Positions 26,165 through 34,830 of a stretch of 43,614 nt of DNA are shown piece after piece (within the stretch, counting starts at the first letter, position 1; each line of letters opens with the position of its first letter). Both the position numbers and the translations under genes were made by a program. Source of the DNA: a virus (Duplodnaviria; Caudoviricetes); the IMG/VR virus record IMGVR_UViG_3300021082_000058, positions 1 to 43,614 of that record; one strand, 5' to 3'. The notes under the pieces were generated by a model, which saw only the letters and a program-made list of their open reading frames with translations, made no database searches and was not told where the DNA came from.

Positions 26165-26494
26165 ATGGCACGCACGACACCCACGAAGGTTTGCACCTTC
26201 ACCGGGAACGTCCTACCCGCGACACGCGAAAACTTCTACGCGGACAAGTCGCAGAAGGACGGCCTCTCACCTTGGTCGAAGCAGGGCGAGGCGTCGTACA
26301 ACAAGGCTTACCACGCCGCGTTGAAGCGCCTCGGCGTGACTCGGGCACGCGACCTCGATGATGCAGGGCGCGTGAAGTTCAACAAGGCGATGGTCGCCGC
26401 CAAGGTGAGGATCGCACGCAAGAGCAAGGCATCGACGCCGACGACGCCCAAGGCGCGCACCTCGCGCAAGCGCATGACGAAGGCCTCGGCGTAA
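26165..26494 (+). CDS. basic DNA-binding-like protein with degenerate Zn-finger-like motif
   Basis: KVC..FYADKSQKDGLS pattern lacking most Cys; K/R/T/A tail; GGGGA RBS; GC3-rich codons. Confidence 0.75.
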   Translation: MARTTPTKVCTFTGNVLPATRENFYADKSQKDGLSPWSKQGEASYNKAYHAALKRLGVTRARDLDDAGRVKFNKAMVAAKVRIARKSKASTPTTPKARTSRKRMTKASA

Positions 26495-26508
26495 CACATC
26501 GACAAAAC

Positions 26509-26532
26509 GGGGGCGGTCAATACGACGCCCCC
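26509..26532 (+). terminator. hairpin after basic protein gene
   Basis: GGGGGCG..CGCCCCC stem. Confidence 0.45.
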
Positions 26533-26552
26533 AAACGATTTTGGAGGCACAA

Positions 26553-26798
26553 ATGGACACGAAAACACCCCTCGCTGATATCGACAACGACGATCTGATT
26601 TATGTTGAATTCGCTCGATACACGGAGCAGGAATACCTTGACGAATTGGCGCGTGTGTTGCGTATTCAGGGCGCGAATGTGACGACGGGATTGGATCTCA
26701 CGTATTGGTACGACAGAGAAAACCACATTAGGGAAATGCGACGACTTCAGGAGGTGTCGGCGGACACGCAAATCATCGACGTTTCGGAGGTGCAATGA
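26553..26798 (+). CDS. hypothetical protein (early island)
   Basis: GGAGG RBS. Confidence 0.7.
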   Translation: MDTKTPLADIDNDDLIYVEFARYTEQEYLDELARVLRIQGANVTTGLDLTYWYDRENHIREMRRLQEVSADTQIIDVSEVQ

Positions 26799-27064
26799 TG
26801 TCTGAATTGGAGTTGCAAAGGGTTGCGCAATCAGGGGCATATGCGCGTGCCGAAAGGTCATCGGATTATCCCTTGCGCCGTTACACGGCGTTTATTCGGT
26901 ACAATTGGGGCGATGGCGACGACAATTCGAGCATAGAGGAAATTGACATTGACGCACGCGACGACACCGACGCACGCGTAATTGCATCGGCGGCATTGGC
27001 ACAGGATTACGAACCTGGAGGGCGAATCATTCGCGTTGACGAAAGGATAGGGTGGTACCTATGA
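26795..27064 (+). CDS. hypothetical protein (early island)
   Basis: GGAGG RBS, ATGA overlap. Confidence 0.7.
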   Translation: MMSELELQRVAQSGAYARAERSSDYPLRRYTAFIRYNWGDGDDNSSIEEIDIDARDDTDARVIASAALAQDYEPGGRIIRVDERIGWYL

Positions 27065-27417
27065 AGTACGGTATTGGATCGCTAATTGGGGCGATGATGG
27101 TCGGCATGATTATCGGCGTTTTGATCATTGGGGCAATCATCGTCGATGTGCAAGGTGCAAATCGGCGCGACGATGCTGAGGGGATTGCGCAATGCATTTC
27201 GGAGTACGAATACACCCATCCCAGGGCAAATCGGTTCAATAACCTGGTGAGGGCAATTCGGTGGTGTAACGTGATTGACAGGGCGGTCGCGCATGAGTGC
27301 ATTACGCCATGCACGGTGATATTGCCGAAGGATACCCTTGAGGATGAATTCGGCATTGATTACGGGTGGCGCAACCGTCACACTTCAACTGTCGATGTGT
27401 ACGTGAGGAGGCCGTAA
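27061..27417 (+). CDS. membrane-anchored hypothetical protein
   Basis: N-terminal TM helix; ATGA overlap. Confidence 0.7.
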   Translation: MKYGIGSLIGAMMVGMIIGVLIIGAIIVDVQGANRRDDAEGIAQCISEYEYTHPRANRFNNLVRAIRWCNVIDRAVAHECITPCTVILPKDTLEDEFGIDYGWRNRHTSTVDVYVRRP

Positions 27418-27851
27418 TGGCACGCATACTTGTGAACATTGGCGACGAACTTTTTGTCAGGGGTAAATTGTACGAGGTGATGGGTGATGGCGGCGATGAC
27501 CTCGTGCTTAGTCGGGTGGGATTGTGTGAGGCATGTCACTTGAATACGGGGGATGATTTTACTACCCCATATGGCAATTTGTGCGCACCATGTATTGAGC
27601 GTGCAATGGAGGGTTATGTGTTGCAACGGGCAATGCAACATGTGATGTCCAATGATCCCCGTGTAATAGAGGTTATGCACATCATGGAGCGTGTTGACGG
27701 TGAGGCACGTAAAAGCAATCAACCTTTTGTTGATTTTCATTCATCCTCCATTGACACAGCGTACGCGTGGCGAGCCGATGAATGGACGCAAATTACACGC
27801 AAGTGGATTGGGGCAATCAAGGATGTATTGGATGCGCGCGAAACGCTGTAG
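27417..27851 (+). CDS. hypothetical protein with CxxC..CxxC zinc finger
   Basis: GAGGAGG RBS, TAATG overlap; CEAC and CAPC. Confidence 0.7.
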   Translation: MARILVNIGDELFVRGKLYEVMGDGGDDLVLSRVGLCEACHLNTGDDFTTPYGNLCAPCIERAMEGYVLQRAMQHVMSNDPRVIEVMHIMERVDGEARKSNQPFVDFHSSSIDTAYAWRADEWTQITRKWIGAIKDVLDARETL

Positions 27852-28289
27852 CACATACACGTAGGCGTGTGATAAGGGCGTGCTTAAAAACCACGCCTTT
27901 ATCATGGCCTATTGTTGTCAGATATGCACACATGAATTGTAACAGCGCTTCCCCGCCCTCTACCTGTCCCTCTCTCCAAAAGCGAGAAGCGTGTATCCCC
28001 ATGTATATGTGCTGTGTAATTCAACCTTGTCCATTGTCGCCCCCATATCCCCCACACCTATGTATATCTATCCCTTAATGTGCAGCAAATTTAATTTCAA
28101 CTTTTCGAAGGCAATTAAGGGCAGGGGGCCATCCGGCCTGTCTCTCCGAGGCAGAGGGGGGGAAGCGCTTGGCAGCGGAGATCTTCTATAGGAGGTTCTA
28201 GTATCTTAGTATCCAGTAAACGGTACACAGGTGTAAGAGAGGTGTTACGATCCCGTGCGTACAGTTCAACCCGAAGAGGGGGTGAGAGA

Positions 28290-28532
28290 ATGGGTGGAAT
28301 CTACAAGGAGCGGAAGGCAATTGTAGTCGGATGGGATGTGGGTGACTACGAAGGACCCGTTTCCATCAAGACATCGAATCCGGGCGATCTGGAAGACGTG
28401 TCTGGAACTGAGCTCGTCGGCAATCCGGGATACGCTGCTCTGACGTACCCGCTTGACTTTGTCGGAGAGAGCCATGTCCAGGTGTTTGGAGGAGATGAGC
28501 TCCTCGATGAGTTCGACATTCAGGTAGACTGA
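28290..28532 (+). CDS. hypothetical acidic protein
   Basis: GGGGGTG RBS, ATG 28290. Confidence 0.65.
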   Translation: MGGIYKERKAIVVGWDVGDYEGPVSIKTSNPGDLEDVSGTELVGNPGYAALTYPLDFVGESHVQVFGGDELLDEFDIQVD

Positions 28533-28537
28533 ATCGC

Positions 28538-28583
28538 AGAGACAGGGTAGGCGTCATCTAAGGTGGCGCTTACCCTAGTCTCT
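28538..28583 (+). terminator. long hairpin upstream of terminase
   Basis: AGAGAC-AGGGTAGGCGTCATC/GGTGGCGCTTACCCT-A-GTCTCT with G-U pairs. Confidence 0.55.
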
Positions 28584-28593
28584 CCTCTCCCTC

Positions 28594-28622
28594 TTGGATT
28601 ACCACACCCACGTATGTATCAT
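28594..28622 (+). promoter_or_regulatory. putative promoter of packaging operon (leaderless)
   Basis: TTGGAT-N17-TATCAT, 8 nt before ATG 28631. Confidence 0.4.
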
Positions 28623-28630
28623 GGGTGACC

Positions 28631-29221
28631 ATGGGATTGAGAAAAGCAAGAGTGAGAAAGACAGTGAAGGCTGCGCCTACGCGTGAGGTCGAACGCAGGA
28701 CCAAATCTGGTGCGTTGCAGGTGATCAAGACGAAGTACTCGAAAGCTGTGCACAAGAAGGTTTGCCAAGAGATTGCGAAGGGTGTGTCTATTACAGATGC
28801 AGGCTTGATCGCAGGTCTTGGCAAGGACACGATTCACGACTGGTTGTCTAAAGGTAGGCATGCTCCAGGTCAGCATCCAGAACTTGCACTTCTTGCACAG
28901 GATGTTGAGGTGGCACAGGCTATCCGTCGAGGACGTGCAGTAGAGAACATCATCACGGTGGGCGACTCGCAGGCTCCTGGGTCTTGGCAGGCGAACGCGT
29001 GGTTCTTGGAGCGCACAGATCCTGAAAACTGGGGCAGAAAAGACAGAGTTGAAGTGCAGGGTGGGGATAAACCGCAAACGCAGATCAACACGGTGGTGCT
29101 GATTGATGGTGATGCAAGAGAAGCAGCAAGAGATGTCCTCCAGCGAATTGCAGCACCTTCTGGCGAACACCTCGCCATCGGGTCTGGCAGCGGCGTGCAA
29201 CTGGAAGCAGGGGACAGTTAG
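28631..29221 (+). CDS. terS: terminase small subunit
   Basis: N-terminal HTH (GVSITDAG..TIHDWL), WQANAWFLER..PENWG motif; precedes TerL. Confidence 0.8.
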   Translation: MGLRKARVRKTVKAAPTREVERRTKSGALQVIKTKYSKAVHKKVCQEIAKGVSITDAGLIAGLGKDTIHDWLSKGRHAPGQHPELALLAQDVEVAQAIRRGRAVENIITVGDSQAPGSWQANAWFLERTDPENWGRKDRVEVQGGDKPQTQINTVVLIDGDAREAARDVLQRIAAPSGEHLAIGSGSGVQLEAGDS

Positions 29222-30584
29222 AGAGGGAGAGAGTCCCACAAGGTGGATTCACGCGAAACATGTGGACTATCTTGACCGGTTGCTGATGGAGCTGTTCGCT
29301 GGGGAGCTGCTCCGCGAGGGATATATTGGTTTGGTCATCGAGGAACCACCTCGCCACGGGAAATCTGAGTTGTGTTCACACTACGCTCCTGCGTGGTATC
29401 TCGGTGCTTTCCCAGATAATCGGGTAATGCTCGCGTCTTACGAGGCGGATTTTGCAGCGTCTTGGGGTAGAAAGACAAGGGATACAACAGAGCAGTACGG
29501 AAAACGGTTTTTCGGGATCGAGGTGTCGAAGAAGACGTCGGCTGCTGACAACTGGAACCTTCAAGGGCGTAAAGGCGGGATGTTCACGGCCGGAGTTGGG
29601 GGTGCGTTGACAGGTAAGGGTGCAAATCTCTTGATTGTGGACGATCCGGTGAAGAATATGAAGGATGCCCAATCAGAGACGATGAGGAAAAACCAGTGGG
29701 AGTGGTATAAATCCACATTTCGCACCAGGCTTGAACCAGATGGTGTGATTTTGCTGATTGGAACGCGGTGGCATGAAGATGACCTGATCGGTCGCGTGCT
29801 TGCAGAGGCGGAACTTGGGGAAGATCTAGAGGACAAGTTCATGCGGGTCAGATTGCCTGCGGTAGCAGAAGAGCCTGATGAGGAATACCCAGAGCCTGAT
29901 CCTCTTGGGAGGACGGTCGGGCAAGTTCTGTTTCCGGAGCGGTTTCCGTACGAGAAGCTTGTTCCACACATGCAGAATGGCAATGTATGGTCAGCGCTGT
30001 ATCAGCAGAGGCCAGCGCCTTCTGAGGGTGGAGTGTTCGAGAGAGAATGGTTTGAGCTTGTTGCAAGGCCAGGAAAGATCAAGAGGCTGTTTCGTCGTTG
30101 GGACATGGCTGCAACAGATCCCAAGGGTGCGGAGGATCCAGACTGGACTGTAGGGTTGTTGATGGGTCTTGGGGATGATGAGTATATCTACATTTTGGAT
30201 ATGGTCAGAGTCAGGCAGAACCCAGGGCCTCTGTTGAAGACAGTGCGTCGAACGGTTCAGGAAGATGGATACAAGGTCCGGAACAGGATGGAGCGCGAAC
30301 CAGGGTCAGCAGGCAAGATAGCTGTGTTCCAGCTTGCGCGTACTGTGTTCCGGGGGTACAATTTCCGGGCATTCCCGTCCACAGGGCCGAAGGAGTTGAG
30401 AATCGACACGGCTGCAGGAGCGGCGGAGAGAGGAGAATTTCGAGTTGTCAAAGGAAGATGGAATAGAGATTTCTTCTACGAGATCACTCACTACCCGTTC
30501 TGTGCGCATGACGATATCTGTGATGCCCTCGCGTGCGGGTACGAAGACATGACGAAGCGCAAGAATTCGATGGCTACAGCATGA
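29133..30584 (+). CDS. terL: terminase large subunit
   Basis: PPRHGKS, LIVDDP, TRWHEDDL, YQQRP, WDMA, HDDICDA; start uncertain (29103-29133). Confidence 0.95.
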   Translation: MSSSELQHLLANTSPSGLAAACNWKQGTVREGESPTRWIHAKHVDYLDRLLMELFAGELLREGYIGLVIEEPPRHGKSELCSHYAPAWYLGAFPDNRVMLASYEADFAASWGRKTRDTTEQYGKRFFGIEVSKKTSAADNWNLQGRKGGMFTAGVGGALTGKGANLLIVDDPVKNMKDAQSETMRKNQWEWYKSTFRTRLEPDGVILLIGTRWHEDDLIGRVLAEAELGEDLEDKFMRVRLPAVAEEPDEEYPEPDPLGRTVGQVLFPERFPYEKLVPHMQNGNVWSALYQQRPAPSEGGVFEREWFELVARPGKIKRLFRRWDMAATDPKGAEDPDWTVGLLMGLGDDEYIYILDMVRVRQNPGPLLKTVRRTVQEDGYKVRNRMEREPGSAGKIAVFQLARTVFRGYNFRAFPSTGPKELRIDTAAGAAERGEFRVVKGRWNRDFFYEITHYPFCAHDDICDALACGYEDMTKRKNSMATA

Positions 30585-30678
30585 GTCCTTGCCTGGGGTG
30601 GCCTAACACGGCGATCTTCTCGAACATGGTGTGGATTCCACTTGGGTACGGGTGTGGCTACTGGAAGTCGGTAGACTG

Positions 30679-32193
30679 ATGGCTACCGATCTTGAGTGGG
30701 CACTGCATTGTCTGACCTCAGCAGAGAGACAGAATAGGTATTCTCTGTTCTATAACTACTACATGGGGAACCATGCGCTGGCATTTGCGACAGAGAAGTT
30801 CCGTAATACCTTCGGACATGTGTTCAAGGAGTTCTCTGAGAACATGTGTGGTCCTGTGGTGGATTCTCTATCAGACAGGTTGGTTGTCACGGGGTTCAAG
30901 TCATCTGAAGCAGAGATGAAGATCGAGGACGTGAGTTCCAATGTCCCGACACCTCAACCAGCGAGGCCGGCAGAGCTTGGGCCGACGCCGCCTACTCCGA
31001 ACGCTCCTGGCCGTAAGAAGGTCACACAGGTAGACCCGCAAGGGGATGCTGCGTTTGAGATCTGGGGCCGCAACAACATGGACGAGAAAGCAAACGAGGT
31101 CCATACAGAGTCACTGATGATGGGTGATGGGTATGTGATTGTGTGGCCTAATGACGACATGGAGGCAGAAATCTGGCCTCAGTATGCGAACGAGTGCGCA
31201 GTGCAGTATGATCCGAACAACCAGAAGAAGATTCTCCGTGGTACCAAGGTGTGGTGGGATGATCTAGAGAAGCATTGGTACCTGAATGTTTATACGGAGA
31301 TGGCTATTCAAAAATATCTGCAAAAAGGTACATCTCGGACATTCAATGGGCGGATTGAGTCGTGGACACGCATTGACACGGTGGACAACCCGTATGACAG
31401 GGTTCCAGTGTTCCACTTCCCAAATAGGGGGAGAAAGAAGTATGGCGTGTCAGAGTTGAAGGATGTAGTGCCTCTGCAGAACGCACAAAACAAATCTGTT
31501 ATGGATATGATCATTGCCATGGAGTTCGCTTCGTTCAAGCAGAGGTATGTGATCGGTCTCGAGTTGGAGTATGATGAGGAGACAGGTGAACCAAAAGAAC
31601 AGACAGCAAGGAACTACGGAGTGGATCGTCTGCTGTCATTCTCTGATCCTGAGACGAAGGTCGGACAGTTCGATGCAACGGACCTGAACCAGTTCTTGAA
31701 GGTGCAAGATAAATTCTGGGCATCGGTCGCGCGAGTCAGTGGTACGCCGTTGCACTACTTCTTCATCACAGAGGGTGATTTCCCGTCTGGGGAAGCAATG
31801 AAGTCGGCGGAGGCACGCTTCGTCAAAAAGATCTCTGATCGTCAGAAGTCGTTTGGCAATGTGTGGCAGGATGTCTTGCTCTTTGCTATGGAGATAGACG
31901 GTCCACAGCCAGCACAGGATCTTAAACTGGAGACGTTGTGGAAGGATGCGTCACCACGGTCTGATTCTGAGATTGCAGATACGGCAGTCAAGAAGAAGGC
32001 GGTTGGAGTGTCCAGATCGCAGATCCTGAAAGAGCTGGGCTATGACGATGATACGATCATGCGTATGCTGGAAGAGTCGGATGCTGACTCGGAGAGACAA
32101 TCTCTGATGAAGCAAGATCAAACACCAAATGGTACAAACCCGAATGGGCAGCCTATCCCGCCAAAGGGTGGCACCCAAGGAGTGAGGAGGTAA
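30679..32193 (+). CDS. portal protein (SPP1 gp6-like)
   Basis: YYMG.H, N....VVD, GVSEL, SGEAMK patterns; position after TerL. Confidence 0.9.
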   Translation: MATDLEWALHCLTSAERQNRYSLFYNYYMGNHALAFATEKFRNTFGHVFKEFSENMCGPVVDSLSDRLVVTGFKSSEAEMKIEDVSSNVPTPQPARPAELGPTPPTPNAPGRKKVTQVDPQGDAAFEIWGRNNMDEKANEVHTESLMMGDGYVIVWPNDDMEAEIWPQYANECAVQYDPNNQKKILRGTKVWWDDLEKHWYLNVYTEMAIQKYLQKGTSRTFNGRIESWTRIDTVDNPYDRVPVFHFPNRGRKKYGVSELKDVVPLQNAQNKSVMDMIIAMEFASFKQRYVIGLELEYDEETGEPKEQTARNYGVDRLLSFSDPETKVGQFDATDLNQFLKVQDKFWASVARVSGTPLHYFFITEGDFPSGEAMKSAEARFVKKISDRQKSFGNVWQDVLLFAMEIDGPQPAQDLKLETLWKDASPRSDSEIADTAVKKKAVGVSRSQILKELGYDDDTIMRMLEESDADSERQSLMKQDQTPNGTNPNGQPIPPKGGTQGVRR

Positions 32194-32196
32194 GGG

Positions 32197-32904
32197 ATGG
32201 ACATCGCTCGTGGCGATGATGCTGCTTCTGTCGGAGTAGTTGCAGAGGCAACGGAATCAGGCAAGATGAACACACTGTGGGTGTGTGAGAAGTGGTCGGA
32301 GGACGCTGTGAACTTTGCTCGCAAGCGTCTCCGGCATCTCGGTAAGTCGCACGTGCAAGACGGCAACTACAAAGAGTTCACAGGTGAGATGACCTGGGAC
32401 AACAATCTGCAAGCGTATGTCCCTGCGTATCGTCTCATGCCGCGCATGATCGAGGTGGCAAGAGGTGTCACGTCTGACTGGCTTCGCCTGCTTGTCGGTG
32501 AGGCAGAGGAAGTGCAGGAGGTGTACGGCAATCTCTTGCTGAACGAAGGTATCCAGGAGATTTGGGACCTAACGATTGCCTTCGCAGGTACGACGGCGTA
32601 TAACAACGCGAACGCAGATATCGGAACTGGCGATTCTGCAACAGCGGCAGTTGCAACGCAGACGGACCTTCAGGCAGCTACCAATAAGCTCTTCAAGGGC
32701 ATGGTTGCAACATACCCGATCCGCACGAACCAGACAGTGGATTTCAGGTCTGATTTTACGACGGCGGAAGGGAACTACGCCTGGGAAGAGTGGAGTGTTC
32801 GTAACGGCGTTACTCGCAACAAGAACATGAACCGAAAGGTGCAGTCGCTCGGAACGAAGACAACTGGTACCTGGACGCTCACTGCTTCTCTGACGCTCTC
32901 GTAA
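32197..32904 (+). CDS. virion structural protein (collar/fibre-attachment-like C-terminal domain)
   Basis: NLLLNEG..IGTGDSATAA..QTDL..EGNYAWEEW..NRKV pattern seen in collar-fibre proteins. Confidence 0.6.
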   Translation: MDIARGDDAASVGVVAEATESGKMNTLWVCEKWSEDAVNFARKRLRHLGKSHVQDGNYKEFTGEMTWDNNLQAYVPAYRLMPRMIEVARGVTSDWLRLLVGEAEEVQEVYGNLLLNEGIQEIWDLTIAFAGTTAYNNANADIGTGDSATAAVATQTDLQAATNKLFKGMVATYPIRTNQTVDFRSDFTTAEGNYAWEEWSVRNGVTRNKNMNRKVQSLGTKTTGTWTLTASLTLS

Positions 32905-32913
32905 GGGGGACAG

Positions 32914-33462
32914 ATGGCCGACAATGTTGGCATCACCCCAGGTGCGGGTGTAACAATTGCCGCAGATGATGTAGGCGGCATCCTATACCAGGTAATGAAG
33001 CTCGCTATCGGCGGTGATGGTGTAGCGTCGTTTGTGTCCGCGGGCTCTCCGCTCCCTGTTTCAGCACCTGCATCACTACGTACAACGCATCACCTTGGTG
33101 CAGCCACAATGGTGGACGCTGTGATGACTGGGTATGTCGAGAGTACTCCGAAGTTCGCAAAGGCCAACATCGCAGCGTCACAGACGGATGCAAACATTGT
33201 CACAGCAGTTGGAGGGAAGTCAATCCTTGTGCTGCTGTTCCGTTTGCACGCTGGTGGTACTGCAACAACAGTTGTCTTCAACTCGAAGCCTGCAGGTGCA
33301 GGTACAGCGATCTCAGAAGTGTTTGCTATGCCTATCAATGGAAATCACTCACCTGGTTTCTCACCTGTTGGTCATTTCAAGACGACAAGTGGTGAAGGTC
33401 TCACTGTTACTACAGGTGCAGGCTCTACCACTGGAATCGGTGTTGTGTATGCCGAGGTATAA
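32914..33462 (+). CDS. virion structural protein (fibre-like)
   Basis: G/A/T/V-rich beta composition; GGGGGA RBS. Confidence 0.6.
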   Translation: MADNVGITPGAGVTIAADDVGGILYQVMKLAIGGDGVASFVSAGSPLPVSAPASLRTTHHLGAATMVDAVMTGYVESTPKFAKANIAASQTDANIVTAVGGKSILVLLFRLHAGGTATTVVFNSKPAGAGTAISEVFAMPINGNHSPGFSPVGHFKTTSGEGLTVTTGAGSTTGIGVVYAEV

Positions 33463-33471
33463 AGGAGAGAC

Positions 33472-34830
33472 ATGTCTACCCTTCCTCAAGATCTCTTCGA
33501 GGACGAGATCCTTGCGAACCTTCCAGGGGCATCTGCATACGACAAGTGGAAGGCTTCGAATTCAGGTCCGAATGGTGACTACACCAACTGGGCTAAGTAC
33601 AGAGACAAAGTTCTCGCGTACAAGAAAGGTGACCAGCGGCCAGCAGAACCTGCTATGGCGACGAAGAACGGAAAGATCCTCGTTGCCTCCGCGAAATTGC
33701 ACATGAGTGTTACAGACATCGGATCTGCCATTCCTCCGGTCCTACCGACGAACTACCCACCGTTCCGTGGACCTCAGGTTATTACTCAGGGGGGTACCTA
33801 CTTCGATTCGTGGGAGTCGAACAGCTCAACTCCGTGCATTTCAATTGCTACAACGCAGCCCGTGATTCTGAAAGGGAGAGTCAGGAATCTCTCAAGTGAT
33901 GGCTACATGATCGACGCTTATCACTTCACAGGTGCAGGTGTTGACGTAACAGTGGAAGATATGCAGGTGTTCGGTGGACCTACGTATCAGCAGTCATCTC
34001 GTTGGTTTGTAGCGAAGGACTGGGTCAAGGTTCTGATCCAGAGATGTACGATCGAGGGAACGCGAGGGATTGAGTTGTGGCCTAACTCACTCTTGAACTC
34101 TACCTGTAAGATCACGAAGTGTCGCCATCACAACATTCTCGGTGGTGCAACAGAGGCAGGTCTTTCGCATGTGGGTAACTTCGTGCAGTTCAGGGAGGTC
34201 TTGAATACAGCAATCGAGGTCTCTTGGTGTGAGATCGAGAACCAGTACAACCTGTCTGAGCCTGAAGATATCATCTCGATCTATCACACGAACAATGTCC
34301 ACATGTTCGACTGTATGCTCTGGCATCACTCTCAGCCTGGTAACGCTCAACCAGGATCTTTCGGTGGTATCTCGATTGATGGTTCAGACGCTGCTGCTGT
34401 CGGGTGTAGCAATAACATCATCGAGCGGAATCAGGTTGTAGATGGAATGGGTATTGTTGCTTTTGTCCAAAATGCAGGGAGCAACAATCAGCTCCTCAAC
34501 AATCGAGTCATTGCAGATCAGTTCATTCCAGGAGGTGCGCTGAAGCGTTCAGGTTTCTCAGGACTAGACATCACGCCAGGACCAGGGAGTGGTAACCATG
34601 CACATGGAAACGTCGTAGGGTACATGGGTGTGGACGCGAATAACTGGCCAGGTCCCGGTGGTTTCAGAAGTGATGGAAATCTAGTAGGTGCAGATGAAGG
34701 AGATGCTGCAGAGTGGGCGAACAATACGCATTACTCTGGAACAATCAACGCTGCTGCTGAGGCTGCTGAATGGGCCTCTTGGCTGCAGAAGAAAATCAAT
34801 AACGGCATCGTCGTTGGCGCACCTGCATAA
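33472..34830 (+). CDS. right-handed beta-helix (pectate-lyase-like) protein, candidate depolymerase/RBP
   Basis: Repeated N/I ladder motifs (NNIIERN, NNQLLNN, EDIISIY). Confidence 0.7.
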   Translation: MSTLPQDLFEDEILANLPGASAYDKWKASNSGPNGDYTNWAKYRDKVLAYKKGDQRPAEPAMATKNGKILVASAKLHMSVTDIGSAIPPVLPTNYPPFRGPQVITQGGTYFDSWESNSSTPCISIATTQPVILKGRVRNLSSDGYMIDAYHFTGAGVDVTVEDMQVFGGPTYQQSSRWFVAKDWVKVLIQRCTIEGTRGIELWPNSLLNSTCKITKCRHHNILGGATEAGLSHVGNFVQFREVLNTAIEVSWCEIENQYNLSEPEDIISIYHTNNVHMFDCMLWHHSQPGNAQPGSFGGISIDGSDAAAVGCSNNIIERNQVVDGMGIVAFVQNAGSNNQLLNNRVIADQFIPGGALKRSGFSGLDITPGPGSGNHAHGNVVGYMGVDANNWPGPGGFRSDGNLVGADEGDAAEWANNTHYSGTINAAAEAAEWASWLQKKINNGIVVGAPA

